Below, piece after piece: positions 45,020 to 60,068 of a stretch of 64,000 nt of DNA. Both the position numbers and the translations under genes were made by a program. This stretch comes from the human T2T-CHM13v2.0 reference genome, Homo sapiens. The stretch's first letter is position 1. Each line of letters opens with the position of its first letter. The DNA lies in assembly GCF_009914755.1 (NCBI RefSeq), contig NC_060930.1; one strand, written 5' to 3'. The notes under the pieces were generated by a model. The model ran no database searches. It was not told the DNA's origin and saw nothing but the letters and a program-made list of their open reading frames with translations.

Positions 45020-46205
45020 TTCTTTTTTTAATTTTTTAAATTATTTTTTAACATTTTTGTGGGTACATAGTAGGTGTATATATTTATGGAATATATGAGC
45101 TGTTTTGATGTAAGCATGCAGTGTGAGATAAGCACATCATGGAGAATGAGGTATCCATCCCCTCAAGTATTTATCCTTTGAGTTACAAAAAATCCAATTA
45201 CATTAAGTTATTTTAAAATACACAATTAAGTTATTATTGACTGTAGTGATCCTATTGTGCTATCAAATAGTAGGTCTTATTCATTCTTCCTGGGCTTTTT
45301 TGTACCCATTAACCATCCCTACCTCCCTGCCAACGCCCAACTACCCTTCCCAGCCTCTAGTAACCATCCTTCTACTCTCTATGTCCGTGAGTTCAATTGA
45401 TGTGATTTTTAGATCCCAGAAATAAGTGAGAACATGCAATGTTTGTCTTTCTTTGCCTGGCTTATTTCACCTAACAGAATAATCTGCAATTTCCTCCATA
45501 TTGTTGCAAGTGACAGGATGTCATTCTTTTTTATGGCTGAATAGTACTCCATTGTGTATATGTACCACATTTTCTTTACCATTTGTCTGTTGATGGACAC
45601 TTAGGTTGCTTCGAAATCTTAGCTGTTGTAAACAGAGCTGCAACAAACAGAAGTGTAGAGATCTCTTCAATATACTGACTTCCTCTCTTTTGGGTATATA
45701 CCCAGCAGTGGGATTGCTGGATCATATGGTAGCTCAATTTTCAGTTTTTTGAGGAACCTCCAAACTGTTGTCCATAGTGGTTGTACTAATTTACATTCCC
45801 ACCAAAAGTGTACAAAGGTTCCCTTTTCTCCATATCCTCACCAGTATTTGTTATTGCCTGTCTTTTGGATACAAGCTGTTTTAACTGGGGTGAGATGGTA
45901 TCTCTTGTAGTTTTGATTTGCATTTCTCTGACATCAGTGATGTTGAGCATCTTTTCATATGCCTGTTCACCATTTATTCAAATCATTGCCCATTTTTTAA
46001 TCAGATTATTAGATTTTTTCCTGTAGGGTTGTTTGGACTCCTTATATATTCTGGTGATTAATTTCTTGTCAGAGGAGTAGTTTGAAAATACTTTCTCCCA
46101 TTCTGTGGGTTGTCTCTTCACTTTGTTGGTTATATCTTTGCTGTGTAGAAGCTTTTTAACTTAATGTGATCCCATTTGTCCAGGTTTGCTTTGGTTGCCT
46201 GTGTG
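45020..46205 (-). mobile_element. L1MA (MA2-4-like) 3' 1.2 kb
   Basis: T tail, gggtacatagtaggtgtatatatttatgg, and ORF2 C-terminal remnants in the track (KMWYIYTMEYYSAIK). Confidence 0.9.
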
Positions 46206-46454
46206 TCCTATTCTTAATGCCAGATATAGTTTGTTAGTTTATCTTAATCCCCCTTTTTTGGTTCAGTACCCCTTTAAATATATGACAAAATCTGGGAGTA
46301 TGTACTCCCAACAATGCACAGGTGAACAACACACAAAGATAATTTGAGGACCCCAAGATAGGAGCACCTTTTCATATGCCTGTTTGCCATTTGTAGGTCT
46401 TCTTTTGAGAAATGTCTATTCAAATCTTTTGCCCATTTTTTATTAGGTTATTAT

Positions 46455-46600
46455 ATATTTCTTTTGGAACTACACTGAGTGTATATAGTGTATACAGTGT
46501 ATATTTTGGAACTATACTGAATGAATATAGTGCAAAATTTCTTTTGGAACTACACTGAGTTTCTCACTGTATATATTTAGTGTAGTTCCAAAAGAAATAT
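46455..46600. repeat. Cluster of three direct and one inverted copy of a 24-36-nt unit
   Basis: The core ttttggaacta(c/t)act occurs in copies starting at 46455, 46504 and 46537; the reverse complement lies at 46565-46600. Confidence 0.9.
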
Positions 46601-47949
46601 GTTTCTAGAATATATATTATGGCAAAATGTATTATAATTCAGTTTTAAAAAGTGGAAAGAGCATAAAATAAAACTGGAAATAATAACTGATGCAAAATTG
46701 CACTATATGAAAATGCTTAAATTATGCAATTATTCTCTTTTTACACTTGTACCTGTGTTTCACTTAAAAGAGAATGGTGTAAGAGCTTTTTAAAATAAGG
46801 TTTTTTTTTTAGTTTTACTTATTATTTACTGTGTTAAATTACTGTGATGTGTTCCACTGGGCTTTTTTTACTGCTTATGTAAGTCTTCTGATGTGCTGTC
46901 TTACTGCCTTTTTATATATTTTATCTTAGCTAGTTTTCTTAAGTGAATTATTTCAATCAAACTTCATATTTGATCTATCTCAGTTGTAACATGTGAGAAA
47001 ATATTTACCTGGTTGACCAATAGCAAAATCAAGAAGTTTTAACTGTATTGAAATTACCCAAAGAAATTAGAAAGCTCAGTTGAAGCAGAACAGGATTCTC
47101 TAAAATGTATTTTCAATAACAAGACATTTAAAACTGAATATTCCAATCCCTTTTCAACCTAATTACAAACTTTGCAGTAAGAGTTTGGAGTATATTCTTT
47201 CAGCATGGAAGTCTTTTTTGGACACCTCTCTAATCCAGTAATATTTTTAAGAGACACTTATACCCCTAGAATGAGTTTGTTTTCTCCCTATTTTGAAGGT
47301 ATTAAACATCAAAAGCAAATACAGCTTTTTAAAAACATATATATTCTTTTATTTTTTCATATTCAAATACACTTTGATTTAGTTCCTGGGGGATATAAAG
47401 GAAAATATGGTTCCTCTACACTAAACAGCATTTTATATTTGGAAGTAATGAATAGAAGCCAGGAAGGAGGAAATTATTTCTTTCTTTATTGAATCTAAAA
47501 ACTCCAGGTAATGAACAGACCATTCGTAGAACTGGGTGGATGGTGCACAAAGATACTTTGTTTTGGCATGAAAAGGCTCCGTTGAAGTTTCTGTTAAAGA
47601 ACTATGTTAACTTGGTTTAACATCTAAGAAGGCATTGATACTTGCCAATTTTGAAAGACCAAACTCTGTAGGGGGGAGAAGTGTAAATGTTGTTGGTAAA
47701 AATGTAGAACGTGCATTTTTTAAAGTGTCAAACGTTGATTACCTCCAGGTTTGCAGTTATTATCATAAGAAATGATCTTGTCATTATATCTGTTAAGTAG
47801 TTTTGAAGATGAAAAGTTTTGGAATAAAAAAAAATTTTTGAAATCAGCTACATAAAAGGAACATTGCTATCTGTGAATTAGCTGAGATGACGACAGCACT
47901 GTGTAGGGTGGGATTCCCATAGGGCTTAGTTTACTTGGGACATAGCTGC

Positions 47950-50236
47950 TTTGTTACTCCGTTTTCATGCTGCTGACAAAGACATACCTGAGACTGGGAA
48001 GAAAAAGAGGTATAATTGGACTTAAGAGTTACACGTGGCTGGGGAGGCCTCAGAATCATGGCGGGAGGTGAAAGGCATTTCTTACATGGCAGCAGCAAGA
48101 GAAAATGAAGAAGAAGCAAAAGCAGAAACCCCTGATAAACCCATCAGATCTTGTGAGACTTATTCACTATCACAAGAATAGCATGAGAAAGACCAGCCTC
48201 CATGATTTAGTTACCTCCCCCTGGGTCCCTCCCACAACACGTAGGAATTCTGAGAGATACAATTCAGGTTGAGATTTCAGTGGGTGCACAGCCAAACCAT
48301 ATCATTCTGCCCCTGGCCCCTCTAAATCTCATGTCCTCACATTTCAAAAACAGTCATGCCTTCCCAACAGTCCCCCAAAGTCTTAACTCATTTCAGCATT
48401 AACCCAAAAGTCCACAGTCCAAAATCCCATCTGAGACAAGGCAACTCCCTTCCTCCTAAGAGTCTGTAAAATCAAAAGCAAGCTAGTTACTTCCTAGATA
48501 CAATGGGAATACAGGTATTGGGTAAATACAGTCATTCCAAATGGGAGCTATTGGCCAAAAGGCCAAAACAAAGGGTTTAGAGCGCCCATGCAAGTCCAAA
48601 ATCCAGTAGGGCAGTCCAATTTTAAAGTTCCAAAATGATCTCCTTTGATTCCAGGTCTCATATCCAGGTCACGCTGATGCAAGAGGTGGGTTCCCATGGT
48701 CTTGGGCAGTTCTGCATCTGTGGCTTTGCAGGGTACAGTCTCCCTCCTGGCTGTTTTCATGGGCTGGCATTGAGTGTCTGCGGCTTTTCCAGGCACACGG
48801 TGCAAGCTGTCGGTGGATGTACCATTCTGGGGTCTGGAGGACAGTGGCCCTCTTCTTGCAGCTCCACTAGACGGTGCCCCAATAGGGACACTGTGTAGGG
48901 TCTCCGACCCCACATTTTCCTCCCGCACTGCCCTAGCAGAGGTTCTACATGAGGGCCCTGCCCCTGCAGCACACTTTTGCCTGGGCATCCGGGCGTTTCC
49001 CTACATCTTCTGAAATGTAGGTGGAGGTTTCCAAACCTCAGTTCTTGACTTCTTTGCACATGCATGCGGAACACCACATGGAAGCTGTCAAGGTTTGGAG
49101 CTTCCACCCTCTGAAGCCACAGCCCGAGCTGTATGTTGGCCTCTTTCAGCCATGGCTGGAGCAGCTGGGACACAGGGCACCAAGTCCCTCAGCTGCACAC
49201 ACCCTGGGGACTGTGGGCCCAGCCCACGAAACCACTTTTTCCTCCAGCACCTCCAGGCCTGTGATGCTAGGAGCTGCCATGAAGGCCTCTGACATGGCCT
49301 GGAGATATTTTACTCATGATCTTGGGGATTAACATTAGGCTTCTTGCTGTGTATGTGAATTTCTGCAGCTGGCTTGAATTTTTCTGTAGAAAATGGGTTT
49401 TTCTTTTCTATCACATTGTCAGGCTTCAAATTTTCCAAACATTTACGCTGTTTCCCTTTTAAAACTGAATGCTTTTAACAACACCCAAGTCAACTCTTAA
49501 ATGCTTTGCTGCTTAGAAATTTTTTTCATCAGATACTCTAAATCATCTCTCTCAAGTTCAAAGTTTCAGTTCCACAAATCTCTAGGGCAGGGGCAAAAAG
49601 CTGCCAGTTTCTTCACTGAATCATAATGAGAGTCACCTTTGCTCTAATTCCCAACAAGTTTCTCATCTCCATCTGAGACCACCTCAGCCTGGACCTTCTT
49701 GTTCATATCACTATAAGCATTTTCATTAAAGCCATTCAGCTAGTCTCTAGGAAGTTCCAAACTTTCCCACATTTTCCTATCTTCTTCTGAGCCCTCCAAG
49801 CTGTTCCAACCTCTGCCTGTTACCTAGTTCCAAAGTTGGTTCCACATTTTCGGGTATCTTTTCAGCAATGCCCCACTCTACTGGTACCAATTTACTGTAT
49901 TAGTCCATTTTCACACTTTTGACAAAGACATACACAAGACTGGGAAGAAAAAGAGGTTTAATTGGACTTACAGTTCCGCATGTCTGGGGAGGCCTCAGAA
50001 TCATGGTGGGAGGTGAAAGGCACTCCTTACATGGCAGCAGCAAGAGAAAATGAGGAAGATGCAAAAGTGGAAACCCATCAGATCTCGTGAGACTTATTCA
50101 TTATCACAAGAATAGCATGGGAAAGACCGGCCCCCCATGATTCAGTTACCTCCCCCTGGGTCCCTCCCACAAGTAGGAATTCTGAGAAATACAATTCAAG
50201 TTGAGATTTGGGTGGGGACACAGCCAAACCATATCA
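47950..50236 (-). mobile_element. Complete THE1A-like MaLR provirus (3'LTR 47950-48304, internal 48305-49895, 5'LTR 49896-50236)
   Basis: Two homologous LTRs ending ccaaaccatatca; polypurine-tract complement ttctgcccctggcccct; perfect 5-bp TSD gctgc (47945-47949 / 50237-50241). Confidence 0.93.
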
Positions 50237-51135
50237 GCTGCTTTCTCCACTACACAGTAAAGAGGGTTAGGAGAAAACCCATAATTCATTAGTGCAAAGA
50301 TATGGGATAGAAACTGAGACTAGCAAATGTATTCAGAAACAAACTTAAAATTCCTAATTCAATTTTGATAGGTAGAACTCCATACCCATAATTCTTAATA
50401 ATCTGTCTTATTGTCAAGACCAATGCAAAGATTTGGTTTTACTGTCAGTTCTGCATCTAATATCTACCATAGTTAGGAAACACTTATGCCAAATATATAA
50501 ATATATATATATATTTCTTATCTCCAGAATATTTTGTCAAGTAAAGAAAGCTAGGTGAATATTATTTGCTAACATTTGGGTTAAATATTTAAGTTAAAAA
50601 AGGACAAAATATGTATATTTGTATTTCATGTATATACTTTAAAAGTTTCTGGAAGGAAACGACAACCATTTTGTGGGGTGAATGGAGAAAAGAGGACAGT
50701 TGTAAGAGATAATTGTATGTCTACTTTATACTTTTTGGTTTATGAACTATGATCATTTTTGAGCTTATTTTAAAAACTGAATTAAAAATTTAAAAATTTG
50801 CATAAGAGGATAAGGGAGCACGAACATTCAGATAGTAAGGAGGGAAGAAAAGTTTAAGTAATGTAAAAAAGATGATTGTAGAAAAGTACATTTGGACTGG
50901 TTTCATGAAACATTAATATCTCATTAATTGTACAGTTATTATTTTAACTGTAATATTAAACATTGTTTTGGGGAACCTTTAAGTACTATGATAACTCTTT
51001 CCAAATTACACGTGAGTGTGGTTTTATTGTACTTTTCCCTGCTGACTTATGAAGTTGAATACATTTTCATATGCTCACTGGCCATTTGGACATTGTCTTT
51101 TGTGAAGTACCCATAAAGTCTCGACTATTTTTCTT

Positions 51136-53522
<2,387 letters not shown>

Positions 53523-53868
53523 GACTATTTTTCTTATGGGTTTGTTGTCTGCATGTTTCTCATTGCTTTGGAGTTCTTTATATGTTCTGGATATACAAAA
53601 CTTGTCATTCATGTGTTCCAAATCTCTTCTCACACTTTTGTTTGCATTTCTTCTCTCTTAAAAATATTAATTGGTAAACAAAGATTTAAATTATAATCAA
53701 TCCAGTTTATCAAAATGTTATGGTTTTTTAATGTCATGTGTAAGAAATCTTACTCTTTCCCAAGGTCATGAAGATGTTCTTTTTGATTATCTTTAGAAGC
53801 TTTTTCATTCGCCTTTTATATTTACAGTTACAGTCTACCTGGTTTGAGTTAAAAGTCAAGACTTATTT

Positions 53869-55068
53869 GTGGGTTTTTTTGTTTTTGTTTGTTTGTTTGC
53901 AGCTCCTCATCTGTTGAAGTTTTTTTTTTTCAATTTTACTTTTATTTATTTATTTTATTATATTTTAAGTTCTGGGATACATGTGCAGAATGTGCAGGAT
54001 TGTTACATAGGTATACATGTGCCATGGTGGTTTGCTGCACCCATCAACCCGTCATCTAGGCTTTAAGCCCCGCATGCGATAGTTATTTCTCCTAATGCTA
54101 TCCCTCCCCTTGCCCCCTACCCCCTGACAGGCCTCGGTGTGTGATGTTCCCCTCCCTGTGTCCGTGTGTTCTAATCGTTCGACTCCCACTTATGAGTGAG
54201 AACATGCAGTGTTTGGTTTACTGTTCCTGTGTTAGTTTGCTGAGAATGATGGTTTCCAGCTTCATCCATGTCCCTGCAAAGGACGTGAACTCATTCTTTT
54301 TTATGGCTGCATAGTATTCTATGCTGTATATATGCCACATTTTCTTTATCCAGTCTATCATTGATGGGCATTTGGGTTGGTTCCAAGTCTTTGCTATTGT
54401 GAATAGTGCTGCAATAAACATACGTGTGCATGTGTCTTTATAGTAGAATGATTTATAATCCTTTGGGTATATACCCAGTAATGGGATTTCTGGGTCAAAT
54501 GGTATTCCTGGTTCCAGATCCAAAAGGAATCGCAACAAAAGCCAAAGTTGACAAATGGGATCTAATTAAACTAAAGAGCTTCTGCACAGCAAAAGAAACT
54601 ATCATCAGAGTGAACAGGCAGCCTACAGAGTGGGAGAAAATTTTTGCAATCTATCCATCTGACAAGGGGCTAATATCCAGAATCTACAAGTAACGTAAAC
54701 ATATTTACAAGAAAAAAAACATCAAAAAGTGGATGAAGGATATGAACAGACACTTCTCAAAAGAAAACATTTATGCAGCTAACAAACATGAAAAAATGCT
54801 CATCATCGCTGGTCATTAGAGAAATGCAAATCAAAACCACAATGAGATACCATCTCATGCCACTTAGAATGGCGATTAAAAAGCCAGGAAATAACAGATG
54901 CTTTTATTATTTATTATTTATTATATTTATTATATATTATTTATTATTTATTATAAAGCAGGAAATAACAGATGGAGAGGAAGTGGAGAAATAGGAATGC
55001 TTTTACACTGTTGGTGGGAGTGTAAATTAGTTCAACCATTGTGAAAGACAGGGTGGCGATTCTTCAAG
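53869..55068 (-). mobile_element. L1PA (PA7/8-like) with twin-priming inversion (minus to 54533; plus 54532-55068)
   Basis: Antisense 3'UTR and ORF2 end, then sense ORF2 ([18 protein letters not shown]); TSD tcaagact(t/g)attt (53856-53868 / 55064-55076). Confidence 0.9.
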
Positions 55069-56339
55069 ACTGATTTTTTTAATGGATATTAAACCAACAG
55101 CACAATTTATTGAAAAAAAAAAAAAGTCCTGCCCACTGCCCTGTAGTGTTCATATGGAAGTGGTATTGTTCTATTCTCTTTTCTGTTCCATTGTTCTATT
55201 ATCTATCCTTGTGCCACTGTCACACTAATGTAATTCCTATAGCTCTATGATCAGTCTTATTTCTGGCAGAAAAAGTTTTACAACTTTATTTTTCTAGATC
55301 AAGAGTATTAGTCTATTCAGGCTGTTGTATCAAAATACCAGAAACGGAGTAGCTTTTAAACAACAAACTACCAGCAAGGCACTTGAGGCTGAAGTTTTCT
55401 ACTTGGGAATATGCCTTTTTCTCTGGTTGCTTCTTGTTACTGTGTGTTTGGTATTGATCACTTTTACTTGATGTACTTAAATGTTTTCTTTGTACTGTAT
55501 TTATCTTGCTTAGAGTCAAGAGATTTCTGGAATTTTTGGCTTGATTTTTTAAATCATTTTTAGAAAAATTCAAAGGCATCTAGCACTAAGCCCTGTAGTT
55601 GCTGCTGAGTAAACAAAAAACCGTATGTGTCAGTAGAGCAGGCACCTTCCCATAATCACTGATGAGTAAAGTGAGGCGGACATCAGTGAGTCTGAAATCA
55701 ATCTGCCCTGATGGTGCACCTCAAAGTAATTAATCCACACAAACTACCTGGAGCTGTGCTTTGCTTGTAGTAGATCTATGTATATTTTGTGATTATTGTT
55801 ACTGCTTTCGTTGCAATATTCTCTTCTCTCTGCCATATTAACATATTTCCATTTTTCAAAACAGAGGAAATATGAAATTCCCTAGTATCAAGTGAGCAAA
55901 ATCCAAAGCACCTTGTAAACTATCATGACCAACACTTACAACCATGATCAGAGTCATAAACTACACATTTGATAAATTGAGCAATGAGGCCTGAGATTTG
56001 TACTTTTTCCCGTCCTTTTCTTTGGAGAGTTTAATTAATTAGTCTGCCACTTTTCCAGAGGTCTTCATCACCTGAGTCATTAAATTACTTTTGAGTTCTC
56101 CCAGGTGGCAAATTAGCCATGTAGCTTGAACGTTAAGTGGATAATAGTGTCTCTTAATGATGCCTTGTAGATTCCTTTAGAGTTAAGCAATTTTTTCCTT
56201 TCAAGCATGGAAATGTTTTTGTTCAGAAAAACTGAACAGCATCTTTTTCAGTGATATAAATAGTTGTATTAGCATTGAACACACGGAGCAGCAAAATATC
56301 TTTAAGTACATTAAGTAGATAAAATCCAGTAAACAGAAG

Positions 56340-56655
56340 TTAGATGACATGTTATTTAGAATGTTAACTTGATACTAAAAAATTGACATTTTTGTAGATA
56401 TATGGTATCATGGTTATGGTTTTAAAAAGACTTCTTAATTTTTTAGCCCCATACTGAAATATTTATGAATGAAATGACATGATATCTGGTATTTTCTTCA
56501 AAATAACATGGGAGGGCCATATTATTCAGGGTATAGAAGAAATAAGATTGGCTCTAAGTTGACAATGTAAGCTAGAGGATGGCTATTTAAGGATTCATAA
56601 TACCCATCTGCCAACCTTCACATATACTTTAATTATCCCTAATAAAAAGTTTTTT
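56340..56655 (+). mobile_element. Old L1M 3' end
   Basis: atactgaaatatttatgaatgaaatgacatgatatctgg...aataaaaagtttt. Confidence 0.65.
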
Positions 56656-56861
56656 AAACTATTGGGTAAATATTAAATGAATTAATACCAACAAATCCCA
56701 ATTTGCTAGAAGACTATCAATGCCAATTTAATTGCTACATTCTCAAGGTCTATGAAGGCAGGATTCACGGCTTAATTCACTTTATACTATGGACTTTTTC
56801 TATCACCTATCCTATTGTTAGGAGCTTGGTATGAGTTTTTTTGGGTGTATTAATGATCTTT

Positions 56862-59101
56862 TTTTCTAATTTAATTTTTAAGTTCTGTGATACATATGCA
56901 GGATGTGTAGGTTTGTTGCATAGGTAAACGTGTGCCATGGTGGTTTGCTGCAACTATCAACCCATCACCTGGGTACTAAGCCCCACATGCATTAGCTGTT
57001 TCTCCTAATGCTCTCCCTCCCTCCACCCCATCCCCTGACAAGCCACAGTGTGTGTTGTTCCCGCCTGCCCCCATCCCTGCTGTGTCCCTGTGTTCTTGTT
57101 GTTCAACTCCCACTTGTAAGTGAGAACATGTGATGTTTGGTTTTCTGTTCCTGCTTTAGTTTGCTGAGGATAATAGCTTCCAGCTCCATCCATGTCCCTG
57201 TAAAGGACATGGCCTCATTCCTTTTTATGGCTGCATAGTATTCCATGGTGCATATGTACCACATTTTTTTTTCTTTTTTAAAAAAATTTTACTTTAAGTT
57301 CCAGGATACATGTACCGAAGCAAGGGTTGCAATCCTAGTCTCTGATTAAACAGACCTTAAACCAACAAAGATCAAAAAAGACAAAGAAGGGCATTACATA
57401 GTGGTAAAGGGATCAACACAACAAGAAGAGCTAACTGTCCTAAATATATATGCACCCAATACAGGAGCACCCAGATTCATAAAACGAGTTCTTAGAGACC
57501 TACAAAGAGACTTAGACTCTCACACAATAATAATGGGAGACTTTAACACCCCATTTTCAATATTAGACAGATCAACAAGACAAAATTAACAAGGACATTG
57601 AGGACTTGAACTCAGCTCTGGATCAAGTAGACCTAATAGACATCTACAGAACTCTCCACCCTAAATTAACAGAATATACGTTTGTCTCAGTGCCACATGG
57701 CACTTATTCTAAAATCAACCACATAAATGGAAGTAAAACACTCCTCAGCAAATGCAAAAGAACTGAAATCATAACAGACAGTCTCTCAGACTACAGTGCA
57801 ATCAAATTAAAATTTAGGATTAAGAAACTCACTCAAAACCACACAACCACATAGAAATTGAACAACCTGCTCCTGAATGACTCCTGGGTAAATAATGAAA
57901 TTAAGGCAGAAATGAAGAAGTTCTTTGAAACCAGTAAGGACAAAGAGACAACATACCAGAATCTCTGGGACACAGCTAAAGCAATGTTAAGAGGGAAATT
58001 TAGAGCACTAAATGCCCACATCAGAAAGCTGGAAAGATCTGAAATCAACACCCTAACATCACAACTGTAGAGAAGCAAGAGCAAACAAATTCAAAAGCTA
58101 ACAGAAGACAAAAAATAACTAAGATCAGAGCAGAATTGAAGGAGATAGAGACATGAAAAAACCTTCAAAAAAATCAATGAATCCAGGAGCTGTGTTTTTG
58201 AAAAAATTAACAAAATAGATAGACCACTAGCTAGACTAATAAAGAAGAAAATAGAGGAGAATCAAATAGACACAATAAAAATGATAATGGGGATATCACC
58301 ATGGATCCCACAGCAATAGAAACTACCATCAGAGAATACTATAACACCTCTACACAAATAAACCAGAAAATCTAGAAGAAATGGATAAATCCCTGGACAC
58401 ATACACCCTCCCAAGACTAAACCAGGAAGAAGTTGAATCCCTGAATAGACCAATAACAAGTTCTGAAATTGAGGCAGTAATTAATAGCCTACCACCCAAA
58501 AAATGCCCAGGACCAGATGGATTCACTGCTGAATTCTACCAGAGGTACAGAGGAGCTAATATCATTCCTTCTGAAACTATTCCAAACAATTGAAAAGGAG
58601 GGACTCCTCCGTAACTCATTTTATGATGCCAGCATCATCCTGATTCCAAAACCTGGCAGAGATACAACAAAAAAAGAAAACTTCAGGCCAAAATCCCTCA
58701 TGAACATTGAAGCGAAAATCATCAATAAAATACTGGCAAACCAAATCCAGCAGCACATCAAAAAGCTTATCCACCACGATCAAGTCGGCTTCATCCCTGG
58801 GATGCAAGACTGATTCAACATATGCAAATCAATAAACATTATGTAATCATAATCACATAAACAGAATCAGTGACAAAAACTACATGATTATCTCAATAGA
58901 TGCAGAAAAGGCCTTCGATAAAATTCAACATTCCTTCATGTTAACTCTCAATAAATTAGGTATTGATGGAATATATCTCAAAATAATAAGAGCTGTTTAT
59001 GACAAACCCATAGCCAATATCATACTGAATGGACAAAAGCTGGAAACATTCCCTTTGAAAACTGGCACAAGACAAGGATGCTCTCTCTCACCACTCCTAT
59101 T
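56862..59101 (-). mobile_element. L1PA (PA8-11-like) with a large 5' inversion (sense ORF2 57318-59101) and an extra 3'-end copy at the junction
   Basis: Antisense 3'UTR 56862-57265; sense EN/RT remnants ([27 protein letters not shown]); perfect 14-bp TSD tattaatgatcttt (56848-56861 / 59098-59111). Confidence 0.92.
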
Positions 59102-59144
59102 AATGATCTTTGTTCTGACTTCTGTTGAAAATGAGCAGTGAAGC

Positions 59145-59252
59145 AATGCATTTATTAATTAGCTTGATTAATATATATTGATCTGTACATATATATTAAA
59201 ACATCATGTTGTATACCATAAATACATAAAATTTTTGTCAATTTAAAAAAAT
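59145..59252 (+). mobile_element. L1MA extreme 3' end
   Basis: ttaattagcttgatt...aaaacatcatgttgtataccataaata...gtcaattt. Confidence 0.7.
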
Positions 59253-59254
59253 CT

Positions 59255-59870
59255 CATTGATTCCACTTCCAAAATACACCCTGTATCTTGTTACCTCTCA
59301 GTCATCTATCATCTACTGCCTGTAACAGCTAGACATCACTTGTGGGAAGAGCCATTGAATCCAGACTTCCAGAATTCTCCCAACCTTCACTTTTATTCCT
59401 CTGCAGTCTGTTCTCCAAGAAGAGCATGTCAGTCCTCCTCATAAAACCAGTGATTTGTATTGTCTTTATATAATACAGACTTTTTACCATGGCCAACAAG
59501 GCCCATGTGATCTGTCTTCTGCCTAACTCTCCAACTTCATCTCATACTGTTCTCTCCCTCCTTTAGTATATATTTTTGTCACTGAGTTGTGTGCTCTGAG
59601 CAGAGGCAAATCAGACACCTTCTGACTGGAGCCAATGTTCTTGTTTCCTTTGTTTGCTGTCTCTTCCCCATGTTCTCTGCATAACAGGCCTTTCAGTTCT
59701 CAACTCAGGTTGTCATTTCCTTAGAGATTGCTTCCATGATGTGTAGTTCATTCATAACACAGGTTACAATCTGTCTTGTTTATTTGCTTGTTTACTATTC
59801 ATTTCCTCCAGTAGAAACCCCATGTTTCCCTCTCCTCTTATCTTTCCAGAAGTCCATCACACTACCTAGC
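59255..59870 (+). mobile_element. L2 fragment
   Basis: ttccacttccaaaatac...ccatggccaacaaggccc.atgtgatctg. Confidence 0.6.
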
Positions 59871-59879
59871 CCATAAAAA

Positions 59880-60068
59880 CCACATTTCACTGAAATCTAA
59901 GATGTGATCAATTGTAGGATGCAGTATTCGGTTATGCACCACCAAGAAAGTAAAAACACTGCAAATTAAACTATTGTGCAATACTAATTTCTTTTGATTA
60001 TAAAAAACTTGGCTTTCGAGAAAATAAAATGTGCTTTTAAAATGCATTCTTGAATTGATGAAATACAT
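59880..60068 (-). mobile_element. MER104-like (TcMar-Tc2) MITE
   Basis: TIR remnants ccacatttcactgaaatctaaga...tcttgaattgatgaaatac. Confidence 0.6.

Noticed and set aside
48548-49332. Several overlapping 65-146 aa ORFs
   Set aside because: Decayed THE1 internal sequence.
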